From an uncultured cyanobacterium (GTDB lineage: Bacteria; Cyanobacteriota; Cyanobacteriia; Cyanobacteriales; CAWCAG01), in the NCBI GenBank assembly GCA_963803805.1, contig CAWDOD010000007.1, positions 96,001 through 160,000 on the forward strand: a stretch of DNA of 64,000 bases. The letters are read 5' to 3'. This document shows, in pieces, positions 39,522 to 50,165 of this stretch. Made by a program: the position numbers and the translations under genes. Numbering within the stretch: the stretch's first letter is position 1; every line of letters starts with the position of its first letter. The notes beneath the pieces were generated by a model. The model worked only from the letters and a program-made list of their open reading frames with translations, searched no databases and was not told the origin of the DNA.

Positions 39522-39551
39522 TGATGCCTAACAGCAACGACAAGCTGAACA
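39522..39551 (+). repeat. SDR5-like 24-nt insertion in TGAT^CA
   Basis: tgat[gcctaacagcaacgacaagctgaa]ca. Confidence 0.8.
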
Positions 39552-39568
39552 ACGCTCAATTATGAGTT

Positions 39569-39630
39569 GTAGGGGCGACCAGTTTTCCAAGTATGCTTAA
39601 CAAACCAGAGTTAAAATTGGGTCGCCTGTC
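39569..39630. repeat. Degenerate GTAG-type REP-like hairpin
   Basis: gtaggggcgaccagtttt ... aaaattgggtcgcc. Confidence 0.5.
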
Positions 39631-39649
39631 AGTTATTAATGATGAACCA

Positions 39650-40432
39650 ATGGCTGAACCGCTAATAGAATTAAAGGGAATTAGTAAATCTTTTGGCAGT
39701 AATGTCATTCTTGACAATATTGATTTGACTATTAATAGAGGAGAGGCACTGGTTATTATTGGTCCTTCTGGTACGGGTAAATCAACAATATTGAGAATAA
39801 TTGCTGGTTTGATGGCTCCCGATAGCGGTGAGATTTATGTTAAGGGTAAGCTTAGAAGAGGGTTAATTGAAGATAATCAAGATCCTCTTGGTATTAGTAT
39901 GGTTTTTCAGCAAGCAGCCTTATTTGACTCCTTAACTGTAGGGGAAAATGTTGGTTTCTTGCTTTACCAGCACTCTAATCTTCCTAAAGCCAAAATTCAG
40001 GATTTAGTAGAAGAAAAGCTTGAAATGGTAGGTCTAACGGGAATTAGCGATACTTTCCCCGCACAGCTTTCTGGAGGAATGCGTAAGCGAGTCAGCTTTG
40101 CTAGGGCAATTATGGCCAACCCAGAAGATGTCAATAGCAATCCTGAAATTATCCTCTATGATGAGCCTACAGCAGGTCTAGACCCCATTGCTTCTACTGT
40201 AATTGAAGATTTAGTACGTCAGCTTCAAGCTGTCTCTCAAGGGTGCGGTACTTATGTTATGGTGAGCCATCAACAAAGTACTATTCGCCGTACTGCTGAC
40301 CGGATTATCCTTTTGTTTCAAGGCAGTATCCAGTGGCAAGGAGAAGTGGAAGATATTGATAATACAGAGCATCCTGCCATTAGACAATTTTTTAGTGGTA
40401 GTCTCGATGGCCCGATCAAGGTAATTGATTAA
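39650..40432 (+). CDS. ABC transporter ATP-binding protein, MlaF/TGD3 type
   Basis: GPSGTGKS, FQQAALFDSL, LSGGMRKRV, YDEPTAGLDP; lies upstream of the MlaD gene. Confidence 0.9.
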   Translation: MAEPLIELKGISKSFGSNVILDNIDLTINRGEALVIIGPSGTGKSTILRIIAGLMAPDSGEIYVKGKLRRGLIEDNQDPLGISMVFQQAALFDSLTVGENVGFLLYQHSNLPKAKIQDLVEEKLEMVGLTGISDTFPAQLSGGMRKRVSFARAIMANPEDVNSNPEIILYDEPTAGLDPIASTVIEDLVRQLQAVSQGCGTYVMVSHQQSTIRRTADRIILLFQGSIQWQGEVEDIDNTEHPAIRQFFSGSLDGPIKVID

Positions 40433-40462
40433 TTACAATAATCCTAAAGTTGAGGAGAAAAA

Positions 40463-41890
40463 ATGCGCTCTCGAACTATGCGGGAAGGTTCTGTTGGTTT
40501 ATTAATCTTGGTAGCACTAGCTTTATTTGGTGGTCTGATTGTTTGGTTACGTGGTGTGGACTTTGGTAAAAGTAGCTATGATGTAACCATCAAATTTAAT
40601 GATGCTAATCGTTTAAAAGTAGGGGCCCCAGTACGTTATTTAGGAGTAGATATTGGTACAATCACCAGCATAGTACCCGTTAGTGATGGGGTTAATGCCA
40701 CGGTGGAGGTTACGGATGCTGATCTGAGAATTCCTACAGATGTAATTATTCTTGCTAATCAATCGGGGTTTATTGGTGAAACCTCTGTGGATATTAAACC
40801 CCTTAAGGATGACCTATCGTTACCTTTAAATAAGTCTACTCAGCCGACTAGCAAACAATGTGATTCTACTTTAATTATTTGTGAAGGCGATCGCATCCCT
40901 GGACAGATTGGTTCTAGTTTTGATGAATTGCTTTTAGCTAGTTTGCGTTTTGCAGAAATTTATAGTAGTGAAGAGTTTGTTGCTAACATTAATAACCTGA
41001 CCAAAAATGCTAATGCTGCTGCTTCTCAAGCTGCGGTTTTGAGTAAGGAATTAGCTTTACTTTCTCGCCAAGTACGTCAAGAATTAGGTGCTTTTACCGG
41101 GACTGCTAAATCTATTACCAGAGCAACAGACCAAACTTCTGCTCGTTTAGGAATTGCTATCGATAAACTATCTTTAAATGCTGATGTTACTAGTGCTGAA
41201 CTTGGTAATACTGCTCGTCAATACGGTTCAACGGCTGTGCGTCTTAATGAATTAGCAACTAATGTTAATAGTTTAGTAGTAGATAATCGTGGCAGCTTGG
41301 TAACAACCCTCAATAGTCTTGGTACAGTTAGCAATGAAATGCGTGGCTTAGTCGCTAACTTAAATTCTTCTTTGGATGCTAATAGTAGTAGAAGATTAAT
41401 TAACAACCTAGAAACTCTCACTGCTAATGCGGCTCAAGCATCAAATAATTTAGAAGCTTTGACAGCTAATGCAAGCAATTTAACAGCTAATTTAGAAAAT
41501 ATTACCAGTACTTTTAGCGAAGAAGAAAATTTACTTTTATTGCAACAAACCCTTGACTCCGCCAGGGTGACTTTTGAAAATGTCCAAAAGATTACTTCAG
41601 ATGTAGACGAACTTACTGGTGATCCTGAATTTCGTAATAACTTATTAAAGTTAGTCAATGGCTTAAGTAATTTAGTCTCTTCTACAGAAATATTAGAGCA
41701 ACAAATTGAAACAGCTAAAGTCTTAGATTCAGTTAATGTTGCCATTGAAAATTCAGAAGCAACTTTGGTGGATTTATCGGCTATTCCTCAAACCGATACT
41801 CAAACCTTCCCCCTCTACACTTCGAGGATTTCACGTTTTTTAACCAGTCAACAACAAGAAACTTTAAATAAAAGAACAATCAAAAAATAA
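40463..41890 (+). CDS. MlaD/MCE (TGD2/Ycf22-like) family protein
   Basis: MRSRTMREGSVGL, GAPVRYLGVDIG, coiled-coil tail, ELTGDPEFR. Confidence 0.9.
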   Translation: MRSRTMREGSVGLLILVALALFGGLIVWLRGVDFGKSSYDVTIKFNDANRLKVGAPVRYLGVDIGTITSIVPVSDGVNATVEVTDADLRIPTDVIILANQSGFIGETSVDIKPLKDDLSLPLNKSTQPTSKQCDSTLIICEGDRIPGQIGSSFDELLLASLRFAEIYSSEEFVANINNLTKNANAAASQAAVLSKELALLSRQVRQELGAFTGTAKSITRATDQTSARLGIAIDKLSLNADVTSAELGNTARQYGSTAVRLNELATNVNSLVVDNRGSLVTTLNSLGTVSNEMRGLVANLNSSLDANSSRRLINNLETLTANAAQASNNLEALTANASNLTANLENITSTFSEEENLLLLQQTLDSARVTFENVQKITSDVDELTGDPEFRNNLLKLVNGLSNLVSSTEILEQQIETAKVLDSVNVAIENSEATLVDLSAIPQTDTQTFPLYTSRISRFLTSQQQETLNKRTIKK

Positions 41891-41896
41891 GAGTAA

Positions 41897-42082
41897 TTAG
41901 ACTCCTACGGTTTCTAACCACTCAAAAATCATGTCTAATTGATTTAAACTAACCAATCCATACTGCCAAAGCACCATGGGTAAAGAGTCGGTACTTTGAT
42001 TGCTATGGCGTAAAGCAACATCAATAGAAGGTTCAGGAAGTGCTAGGTCATGGCGAAGGAAATCAATTAATTGGTTCAACAT
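41897..42082 (-). CDS. DUF2949-like small protein
   Basis: LPMVLWQYGLVSLNQLDMIFEWL. Confidence 0.85.
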   Translation of the reverse strand: MLNQLIDFLRHDLALPEPSIDVALRHSNQSTDSLPMVLWQYGLVSLNQLDMIFEWLETVGV

Positions 42083-42241
42083 AAAAAATACTCTCTTTTT
42101 TGTCCCCTGGGTAAATTATTTTTCTAACCCAAACTGATTATGACAAGCCCATATATGCGTACCAGTTTGCGTAATGTATACGCAATGTATAAATTAAAGG
42201 GAAGATAATTATTATTGATTTATTTAAGCTACTAATTAAAC

Positions 42242-42739
42242 ATGAACTTAAATATTCGCATTGGGAACGGTTATGATATTCACCGTTTGATAGAAGGAAG
42301 ACCTTTAATTTTAGGTGGTGTAGAGATTCCCCATAGTTTAGGATTGCTAGGTCATAGTGATGCTGATGCCCTTACCCATGCCATTATGGACGCAATGTTA
42401 GGGGCTTTAAGCCTGGGAGATATTGGTCATTATTTTCCCCCTAGTGACCCTAAATGGTCTGGGGCTAACAGTTTGATGTTGCTCAAACAAGTTAATCAAT
42501 TAATTACTGCCCAAGGTTGGCAAATTGGTAATATTGATTCTGTGATTGTGGCGGAACGTCCTAAACTCAAACCCCATATTAAAACTATGGGCGATCGCCT
42601 AGCCCAAACCTTAAATTTAGAACCTTCCCAAGTTGGCATTAAAGCGACAACAAACGAAAAGTTAGGCCCTGTGGGCAGGGAAGAAGGTATTTCTGCTTAT
42701 GCTGTGGTGTTGTTGGTAAAGGAGAACAACCCCAACTAA
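42242..42739 (+). CDS. ispF: 2-C-methyl-D-erythritol 2,4-cyclodiphosphate synthase
   Basis: [32 protein letters not shown]. Confidence 0.97.
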   Translation: MNLNIRIGNGYDIHRLIEGRPLILGGVEIPHSLGLLGHSDADALTHAIMDAMLGALSLGDIGHYFPPSDPKWSGANSLMLLKQVNQLITAQGWQIGNIDSVIVAERPKLKPHIKTMGDRLAQTLNLEPSQVGIKATTNEKLGPVGREEGISAYAVVLLVKENNPN

Positions 42740-42896
42740 TTAAGTAATTCTATTGTAGAAACTTTGTCCAAAATTACACTCAACAGAATTCCGAATCTTA
42801 CTGCGTTTTTGGTAGTAATGATCCTAATGCTTCTCCGGATCGATTTTATGCTCAGTAACATTAATCATCAACACAACATTTTCTAGGAGTTAGCTT

Positions 42897-43451
42897 ATGT
42901 TTAATCCCAAAAAACAAGTTGTAATTCCCCTACTTATGCTTGCCGCAACACAACTTCTATCGACTTTACCAACTAATGCTCAAACTCCCTTAACTGCACA
43001 ATCTAAACTAGCAATCAATGGCATTAATTCTGTTAGGGTAGGAATGACCATTACAGAGGCTGAAAAAGCTACTGGACAAAGGCTTTTGTCTCCTTATAAT
43101 TATGAAGATGACTTTTGTTATTACCGACAAGCAAGAGGTGGGCCTCAAGGGCTAAATTTCATGATTATTGAAGGACAAATCGCTAGGATAGATGTTTTTG
43201 GTCAAAGCGAGATAACTACTATTAGTGGCGCTAAAATAGGAGATACAGAAGAGAAAATCAAGTCTCTTTATGGCGACAAAATTAAAGTTAGTCCTCACCC
43301 ATATATAAAAGGACATTACTTAACTTATGTCCCACGTAGTGTAGAAGATAGCAACTATCGAGTCATTTTTGAAACTAATGAAAGAGGACGAGTAATTTCA
43401 TTTCGTTCAGGAAGACTACCTGAAGTTAGCTGGATTGAAGGTTGTTCTTAA
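42897..43451 (+). CDS. Secreted hypothetical protein
   Basis: Signal peptide, VRVGMT, GAKIGD, C-terminal EGCS. Confidence 0.75.
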   Translation: MFNPKKQVVIPLLMLAATQLLSTLPTNAQTPLTAQSKLAINGINSVRVGMTITEAEKATGQRLLSPYNYEDDFCYYRQARGGPQGLNFMIIEGQIARIDVFGQSEITTISGAKIGDTEEKIKSLYGDKIKVSPHPYIKGHYLTYVPRSVEDSNYRVIFETNERGRVISFRSGRLPEVSWIEGCS

Positions 43452-43523
43452 CCTTAAGTGATCAGAAAGAGTTAGCCCACCATGGGTAGATGCTCTGATT
43501 AAATTTTAATTACTTATTGTCAA

Positions 43524-44348
43524 TTAACCAACGCCTTCAGATGCTTTTTTGATTTTCTCCACCAACTCAGAAACTTCCTCCGGAGTTAACACAGGGCTTT
43601 CTGGGGTATCTATAGAAGGCCAAGCTTTGGTTAACTCACTGAGGGATTCTTGAACTGTTTCGGCTGCTTCAGGGGCAAGCCCTGAAAGTTGCTCATCTAC
43701 TGTTGCGAACAGTTGCTGGCTATAAAGTACAAATCCCCTAGAATCTTGATACTCAATTAGTTCAACAAATTTGCCATCAGCTAAGGAAGCTTCGTATTCT
43801 TCTGCGGCAACCGCTAGCATCCCGTTAATAGAATCTAAAACAAATTGAGGAGAACTTAATTGTTCTTGTGGAATAGCAGAGATTGCACCATTGATGGCCA
43901 TCATAGCAGCTTGGTATTTTTCCTCTAGTTCAGGGGCTTGGGGTGTTGTCTTAACCAAGTCATGAAGTTCATCTAGAGTTCCTTTAAATTCCTCAACCTT
44001 ACGTTCTTCTAATTCCCCTTCAATATCACCATAAATTTCTTCAACTGGATGCCCAATATGAGGTTCAGCCTCTTCAGGTTTATCTGCATCTAGTAACTCT
44101 TTAGCTACCATCATATGACCCTTCATCAACCCCAAAGAAATCATATAATTTACATCAGGGTTACTACTTGCAGCAGAGTCTTCTGAGCGTCCCTCTTCGC
44201 CTCCTTCACCTCCTTCACTAACAGTTTCTTCTATTTCCTCTGTTACTCCCCCATCTTCATCTCCTGGGGTATCAGCACCACCGCAAGCCGTTAAACCGAC
44301 AGCTAAGGTTGCAGCTAAGAACAGTTCTAAGGGTTTAAGTTGTTTCAT
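43524..44348 (-). CDS. Acidic lipoprotein with putative metal-binding motifs
   Basis: Lipobox LTAC, KGHM, HIGHPVEEIY, EYQDSRGF; lies downstream of the multicopper oxidase. Confidence 0.75.
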   Translation of the reverse strand: MKQLKPLELFLAATLAVGLTACGGADTPGDEDGGVTEEIEETVSEGGEGGEEGRSEDSAASSNPDVNYMISLGLMKGHMMVAKELLDADKPEEAEPHIGHPVEEIYGDIEGELEERKVEEFKGTLDELHDLVKTTPQAPELEEKYQAAMMAINGAISAIPQEQLSSPQFVLDSINGMLAVAAEEYEASLADGKFVELIEYQDSRGFVLYSQQLFATVDEQLSGLAPEAAETVQESLSELTKAWPSIDTPESPVLTPEEVSELVEKIKKASEGVG

Positions 44349-44460
44349 AAATTTGAGATTCAAAAAATTTCAACAGGACTAATAATTAAATTATGATTAA
44401 TAGAATATATTGTCAATAAGATATTTTTTTTATTGCTTACTTACTGTTCCCCCTCAACAA

Positions 44461-45471
44461 TCAGCCATCCCGACTAATCACTTTAAACATCCCCATGCAA
44501 CCATGTTCTGCAATAACATCTTGATGGGGATGAAACATATATTTTCCTGGATAAGGATAGCTGAATTCTAGTATGTGTCGTTCTGCGGTTCCCATTGTAA
44601 TCACATCGGTTTCTTCATTGGGAATTAGGGATCGCCCTGTACGATAAACCTGAAAGAAATTAGCATGAATATGAAAAGTCACAGCAGGGTCAAACTCAAT
44701 CATATTTAGCACATAGAGACGCACAAGCTGGTTTTGGTAAATAGGAATAGGGTGGTCACGAAAATAGTTAGGAATGCCGTTGAAGGCATAAAGTTCATTC
44801 TTTTCATCATTATTAATATCGTATCCTCCCATAATCATCACCATTTCATCAGCCGGAGGACGACCTTCAGGAGGATCAATAATGAACATACCATAGAGTC
44901 CCTTAGCAATGTGGCGTGTCACCGGGGCTATGTGGCAGTGGTAAAGCTGTACACCGTAGGGTTCAGCCTCAAACTCATAAATAGCTGTTTTGCCATGACG
45001 AACAGGTTCAACCCCATCAGATTCTGCTGGGTGAATGCCGTGAAAGTGCATGGTATGAGAATGACCATCCTGGTTATTGAAAATTACCCGTATCCTTTCT
45101 CCAGCTTTAGCCCGAAAGGTTGGTCCTGGTACTCTACCATTAATATTCCAGCTTTTAAAAGGCAAAGCACTATTGAGATAAATGGTGCTATTGTTAGCAA
45201 CAGCTTGGAATTCTCTAATAGTTCGTCCTTTTTCTCGTTTTAAAGTCCCCCAATCAAACTCTCTGAGGATTTGGATAGGATTGACTCCGTTGCCAGCGCT
45301 GGATAACTTTTCAGGGATAGGGGGAATTCTGACACCAGAAGAACTAACACCGGAACTACGAAGATAGTTAAAAGCAGCTATTGTTCCCAATCCCCCAGCC
45401 CCTAACAGAGTCCATTGCAAAACCTGTCGGCGACTAAAGGGCTTTAACGACCAATGCTTGTCTAAGGTCAT
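44461..45471 (-). CDS. Tat-exported two-domain multicopper oxidase
   Basis: SRRQVL twin-arginine signal, HTMHFHG, YHCH, FHIH, FHPH. Confidence 0.9.
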   Translation of the reverse strand: MTLDKHWSLKPFSRRQVLQWTLLGAGGLGTIAAFNYLRSSGVSSSGVRIPPIPEKLSSAGNGVNPIQILREFDWGTLKREKGRTIREFQAVANNSTIYLNSALPFKSWNINGRVPGPTFRAKAGERIRVIFNNQDGHSHTMHFHGIHPAESDGVEPVRHGKTAIYEFEAEPYGVQLYHCHIAPVTRHIAKGLYGMFIIDPPEGRPPADEMVMIMGGYDINNDEKNELYAFNGIPNYFRDHPIPIYQNQLVRLYVLNMIEFDPAVTFHIHANFFQVYRTGRSLIPNEETDVITMGTAERHILEFSYPYPGKYMFHPHQDVIAEHGCMGMFKVISRDG

Positions 45472-45667
45472 AATTGTTAGGGAAAGTTCTCAATAAGCTA
45501 GTTCTAAAATGGAGTCTATACTTATTGAACATTAATGTCAAGAACTTCAACAATAACTCTAGGACTTACGTCGTGAAATGATAAATCATACCAAATCCGG
45601 TTAACAAAATGCCTCTATAACACTGAGAAAAAAGTCATTAAGAGAGAGCCAAGAAAAGACTTATCCA

Positions 45668-45799
45668 ACGTGAGTTCGACGAAAGCCGAAAATCAGTAAA
45701 CTCATTAAAGACTCAGAAGCTGTAAAGCCTATTGTTACGTGAGAAAAATCAGTCTCCAATCCAAAATCTAAAATCTAAAATCCAAAATCGAACTCACGT
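45668..45799. mobile_element. 132-bp MITE with 12-bp TIRs and 7-bp TSD
   Basis: TTATCCA-ACGTGAGTTCGA...TCGAACTCACGT-TTATCCA. Confidence 0.85.
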
Positions 45800-45900
45800 T
45801 TATCCAAAAGCGATAAGCTAGTCGCTAGTGGCTAGTTGCTAAAATCTTATACTTGGTGAGAATATTTTATTTATTAGGAGTTCTCTAAAGCCTAATGATT

Positions 45901-47352
45901 TTAGCTTTGCTTTTCTTGCCAACTTCCCTCTTGAAAGCGAAAATAACTTCCTAAAGTTTGCTTCAAAACGCGGATGGCTAAGGCTGGTTCTAACAAACTA
46001 TTAGGAGACTTAAGCATATGCATTACCTCAAATAACTTCAGACAAATATCAGGATTGGTCGTTGCTAACTCATCTACACCATCCATATAACCTTGCATTA
46101 AACAATCTTTGAAACTCTGGGACTTACCCTCCACCCCTGAATAACGGGCATCTTGAGTTATTGCCGTTAGCCAAGGCACAGCTACGACTTTACTTAGTTC
46201 TTTTTGGAAGCGGCGCTCTACCCCCATTAGCCCATCTTGTAAGCACTGGTCTAATGTTACAGCCCCCAGAGCAGAGACGGTTAAACCTTGGCCATAAATA
46301 GGACTGAAGGTACAAACAGCATCCCCAGTAACAATAAACCCTTCTGGTTGCTTAGGAAGTTGTTCATAGTAACGCCAACGGTTTCCAGAGGGGCGGTAAG
46401 TATAAATAGGAGAAAGGGGGTGGGCATTTTTCAATGTGTCGTAAATTATCGGGCTAGCTAGGTTCCTCAGAAACTCTAGAAAACCAACTTCATCTCCGGG
46501 GGGATAATCAGGAGCGATACTAAAAGTGCCAACTGTCCAGCGATCGCCTTCAATGGGATAAACGATACCTGCACGGTTGCGTTTTGGGGGAGAAGCTTGT
46601 AAATATAGGGCTTTCCAATCGGCTTGAAACTCAGCAGGAATTTGATAAATACGGCTAGCATAACCGGGATGAGCATTAACTATAGTTTCTTTAGGGGCTT
46701 GATAACCTAACGCTTCTAGCCACTGGGGGGCTTGGGAATTTCTGCCGCTAGCATCAACTACTAAATCAGCCTGGATTTCTTTTTGGTAGCTATTTTTTGA
46801 GGAGGTATGATTCTCTTTTTTGGAGACGCATTCGCGATCACGAATGCGGACTGACACCCCTGTTACTTTGCCATCATTTTGGGATAGTAAACCTGTAACA
46901 TAACCCCCTTCTACGAAGTTAACTAGCTTCAAAGCTAACAGACGTTTATGGAGATACCAATCTAATAAATCTCTACTTAAGGTGAGAATCTTGAAATCCG
47001 ACGGAAAGCGTACTGCCCAGCCAAAAGGCTTTAACCAAGCAATATCTGCTGTCATATCTAAAAGCTGAGCATCAGCAGCCATTAAATCCTCAGTAAAGCC
47101 ACCAAAAAGCTCTTCGAGAATAAGACGACCCCGCATTAGTAGAAAGTGGAGATGGGGTGATTGAGGTACTCCTGGCCGAAAAGCTGGTTTCTCCGGAAAG
47201 TAATCTTTTTCAATGATAGTTACTCTATCAAAGTGGTCAGCTAGTACTCGACCAGCTAGTAAGCCAGTAATACTGCCACCGATGACTAGGGCATGACTAC
47301 CAGTTGGAGAGTCCTGAAGCTGATCTGCAAAAGCTGAGTTTGAGGGCTGCAT
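45901..47352 (-). CDS. FAD-dependent oxidoreductase/monooxygenase
   Basis: VIGGSITG, RPGVPQ, DLVVDASGR, GDAVCTFSPIYGQG. Confidence 0.88.
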   Translation of the reverse strand: MQPSNSAFADQLQDSPTGSHALVIGGSITGLLAGRVLADHFDRVTIIEKDYFPEKPAFRPGVPQSPHLHFLLMRGRLILEELFGGFTEDLMAADAQLLDMTADIAWLKPFGWAVRFPSDFKILTLSRDLLDWYLHKRLLALKLVNFVEGGYVTGLLSQNDGKVTGVSVRIRDRECVSKKENHTSSKNSYQKEIQADLVVDASGRNSQAPQWLEALGYQAPKETIVNAHPGYASRIYQIPAEFQADWKALYLQASPPKRNRAGIVYPIEGDRWTVGTFSIAPDYPPGDEVGFLEFLRNLASPIIYDTLKNAHPLSPIYTYRPSGNRWRYYEQLPKQPEGFIVTGDAVCTFSPIYGQGLTVSALGAVTLDQCLQDGLMGVERRFQKELSKVVAVPWLTAITQDARYSGVEGKSQSFKDCLMQGYMDGVDELATTNPDICLKLFEVMHMLKSPNSLLEPALAIRVLKQTLGSYFRFQEGSWQEKQS

Positions 47353-47634
47353 TGTTTGAAAAAATCCCTACTATAATGCTCCACCATCATAGTCAATTAG
47401 CTGGTTTATTTAGTACCCTAACTCTTAAATTTATTTTAAAACATATTGCTCTGTTGCTATAGCGATGTTGGCATTTCCATTTTCCTGTGGCTAATATAAA
47501 AGATATAGATATATTTTCTCTTGAAAGATAATTTTAAGTTATACATAAAATGGACGTTTAGCAAACGCGATCACAAATCTCCACCTTCGATAATAGATTT
47601 CTAGACAAATAACTAAAACTCCGAGCATAGCCTT

Positions 47635-48174
47635 ATGATGGCCATAGAAAAAAGCATTACTAATCAATCTCTTCAAGTTGTTTCCAGACAACTGCTGAAA
47701 AGATATGTAGCAGGAGAAAGGGATTTTCGCCAAGTGAACCTCAGCGGAGAAACCATGAGTTGGGCTTGTTTAAAAAATGCTGATTTACAGGAAGCTAATT
47801 TGGATGGGACAATTTTACAAGGGGCTAGTTTAAGCAAGGCTAACTTAAGAAGCACTAGTTTAAGGGGCATTAACTTAATGACTGCTGATTTAGCAGGTGC
47901 TAATTTAACCGATGCTAATTTAACTGATGCTAATTTACGAGAAGCCGATCTTCAAGGTGCTGATTTGACAGGGGCGAATATAACTGATGCAGATTTAACC
48001 GATGCTAATTTGAGAGGAACAAAAATGCCGGATGGTACAGTTATGTCTGCTGAACAATTAGTCAGTTTAAGTGGAGAAAGAAATAGGCAGTATGCAAAAT
48101 TTATGGTTTTGTTATTAAAACCCTTGAAAAAAGCGATCAAGAAAAAACCTAGAGAAAGTAAAACTGACAACTAG
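47635..48174 (+). CDS. Pentapeptide repeat protein
   Basis: RYVAGERDF, A(N/D)LxG repeats, MPDG. Confidence 0.9.
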   Translation: MMAIEKSITNQSLQVVSRQLLKRYVAGERDFRQVNLSGETMSWACLKNADLQEANLDGTILQGASLSKANLRSTSLRGINLMTADLAGANLTDANLTDANLREADLQGADLTGANITDADLTDANLRGTKMPDGTVMSAEQLVSLSGERNRQYAKFMVLLLKPLKKAIKKKPRESKTDN

Positions 48175-49641
48175 CTATTTTTTACCAATAAGCCAATAAG
48201 TAAACATTTCCCCTTTACCTTTAACTTTAATAAGTCCTCGTTTTTCAAAAAGATATTGCTCTTGCAAGCATTGATAAATAGTAGTAGTAACTTGAATTCG
48301 GTCAGGAAGTCCTTGAGATTCCATGCGACTAGCTACGTTGACAGTATCCCCCAAAGAATCGTAAATAAATTTGTTTTTACCAATTACTCCTGCTACTACA
48401 GGCCCTGTGTGAATACCAATACGAATTTTTAATTCTTGTCCTAATTGATTAGCTAAATACTTTATGGCAGTTTGCATCTCTAAGGCCAAATTAGCTATAG
48501 CTTCGACGCGATCGCTACGGTGCATAGGAACTCCTCCTACCACCATATAAGCATCACCAATGGTTTTAATTTTTTCTAAGCCGTGGCGATCACAAATAGT
48601 ATCAAATTCTGAGAAAATTACATTAAGCAACTCAACAAGTTTTCGAGGAGATACAGTTGCAGATAACTCGGTAAAACCAACCAAATCAGCGAAAAGAATT
48701 GTCCCATCCGCGAAGCCATCAGCAATATTAGTTTTACCTTCTTTTAATTGTTCAGCAATGGGTTTGGGTAAAATATTTAATAACAATCTTTCTGACTTTT
48801 CTTGTTCAACACGCAAAACAGCTTCAGTTTTTTTACGTTCAGCAATTTCTTGGGAAATACGCTCATACATTTGCTTAAATGCGCTGATAACTTCCCCCAA
48901 TTCATCGTTGCGTTGACAAGAAAGGGAAGAAAATTCTTGTTGAGAGTTTTGGCTAACTGTTTCTCCTAACTTTACTAAGTCATTACGGAGTTGCACAACC
49001 GGAGCAATTACTCTATCTCCTAAAACTATCATCGTAACAAGGGTAACAAAGCCAGAAATTAGTAAAACTAAGCCTGCTATGCGTAGAGTAAAAGCAGACA
49101 AATTGCTCTTAATAAAAGAAGTATCGTAGCGAATAATAACGGTATATTCTTGTTCTTGGTAAGGAGCATACCAAACCATATCATAACGATTACCGTCATT
49201 ACTACGGCGCTTTTTGACCATAGCCTGTTGTAATTCTTGATAGGTTAATTGAGGTGGTTCACCAAATACCTCAACTAATTGTCCTTGTTTATCATAAACA
49301 GCCACTCCTAAAAATAGAGAGTCTTGGGTAAAGTTTTCGAGTAACTTCAGAAAAGTTTCTTTATTCCCATCTACTTGGTAGGAATTGGTAATAGAGGTCA
49401 TTACCGCTTCAGAAATTGCTGATTGTTGGGCAAGTAAATCCTGTTCGCGCTTTTGATAGGAAGGAACAAGAATGATCGCCTCAATCACCACAATACTGGC
49501 AAATATCCAAAGAGAAACACGCCTTGATAACCTTGCTTTAAAAGAATTAAACAGCACTAGCAGCCTGGTTGACATGACCTTAATCCTTGATGTTTCGTGG
49601 GCAAGTTTCCAAGCAGTTAGATGGAGGGTGTCACCCCTCAT
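48175..49641 (-). CDS. Membrane class III adenylate/guanylate cyclase (2 TM, HAMP)
   Basis: ILFADLVGFT, KIKTIGDAY, RIGIHTGPVVAG, GDTVNVASRMES; DELG HAMP motif. Confidence 0.92.
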   Translation of the reverse strand: MRGDTLHLTAWKLAHETSRIKVMSTRLLVLFNSFKARLSRRVSLWIFASIVVIEAIILVPSYQKREQDLLAQQSAISEAVMTSITNSYQVDGNKETFLKLLENFTQDSLFLGVAVYDKQGQLVEVFGEPPQLTYQELQQAMVKKRRSNDGNRYDMVWYAPYQEQEYTVIIRYDTSFIKSNLSAFTLRIAGLVLLISGFVTLVTMIVLGDRVIAPVVQLRNDLVKLGETVSQNSQQEFSSLSCQRNDELGEVISAFKQMYERISQEIAERKKTEAVLRVEQEKSERLLLNILPKPIAEQLKEGKTNIADGFADGTILFADLVGFTELSATVSPRKLVELLNVIFSEFDTICDRHGLEKIKTIGDAYMVVGGVPMHRSDRVEAIANLALEMQTAIKYLANQLGQELKIRIGIHTGPVVAGVIGKNKFIYDSLGDTVNVASRMESQGLPDRIQVTTTIYQCLQEQYLFEKRGLIKVKGKGEMFTYWLIGKK

Positions 49642-50165
49642 TATAGATTAACTAACACTGGGGCTTGCAAATAAGGATTTAGCAACAGATCCCTATAGTC
49701 TTAATTTCCTATTTATTGGCGATTACATCCGGATATTTTAGTTATAGGGTGTGTTCTTTTAGATAATTCTTCATCTTGAGCTAAACTTTTTGATAGGAAC
49801 GTACTATTATCATGAATAATATGCTGCTAATAAATTTCTATTTGCCAATTTTAAAAATAGCAGCCGGTTTATTATTACTGGTGAAGGTGATTTTGTGACA
49901 AATGGTACGTTAAGTACTGAATAAATAGTTTAGGTAGCTTCTTTATGGTTTTCACCATGACAAAAGCAGCGATCGCGCAATTTAGTTTTTAACAAAAGTG
50001 AGGATTTTCTCCACAAGTCTATATTTTTCTTTTTTATTAGAGATGTCATAAGTATAGCTAAAAGGGATAGTTTTGCCATTTATCAATTTAATCATAACTC
50101 TATGACTATTTTTAGCAGTGATCCTAGAATATAACTCTACTTCAGCCATTTTAATATCTTGAAGG

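Noticed and set aside
45560-45605. taggacttacg and ataccaaatccggtt as further MITE termini
   Set aside because: No matching partner ends or target duplications were found nearby.
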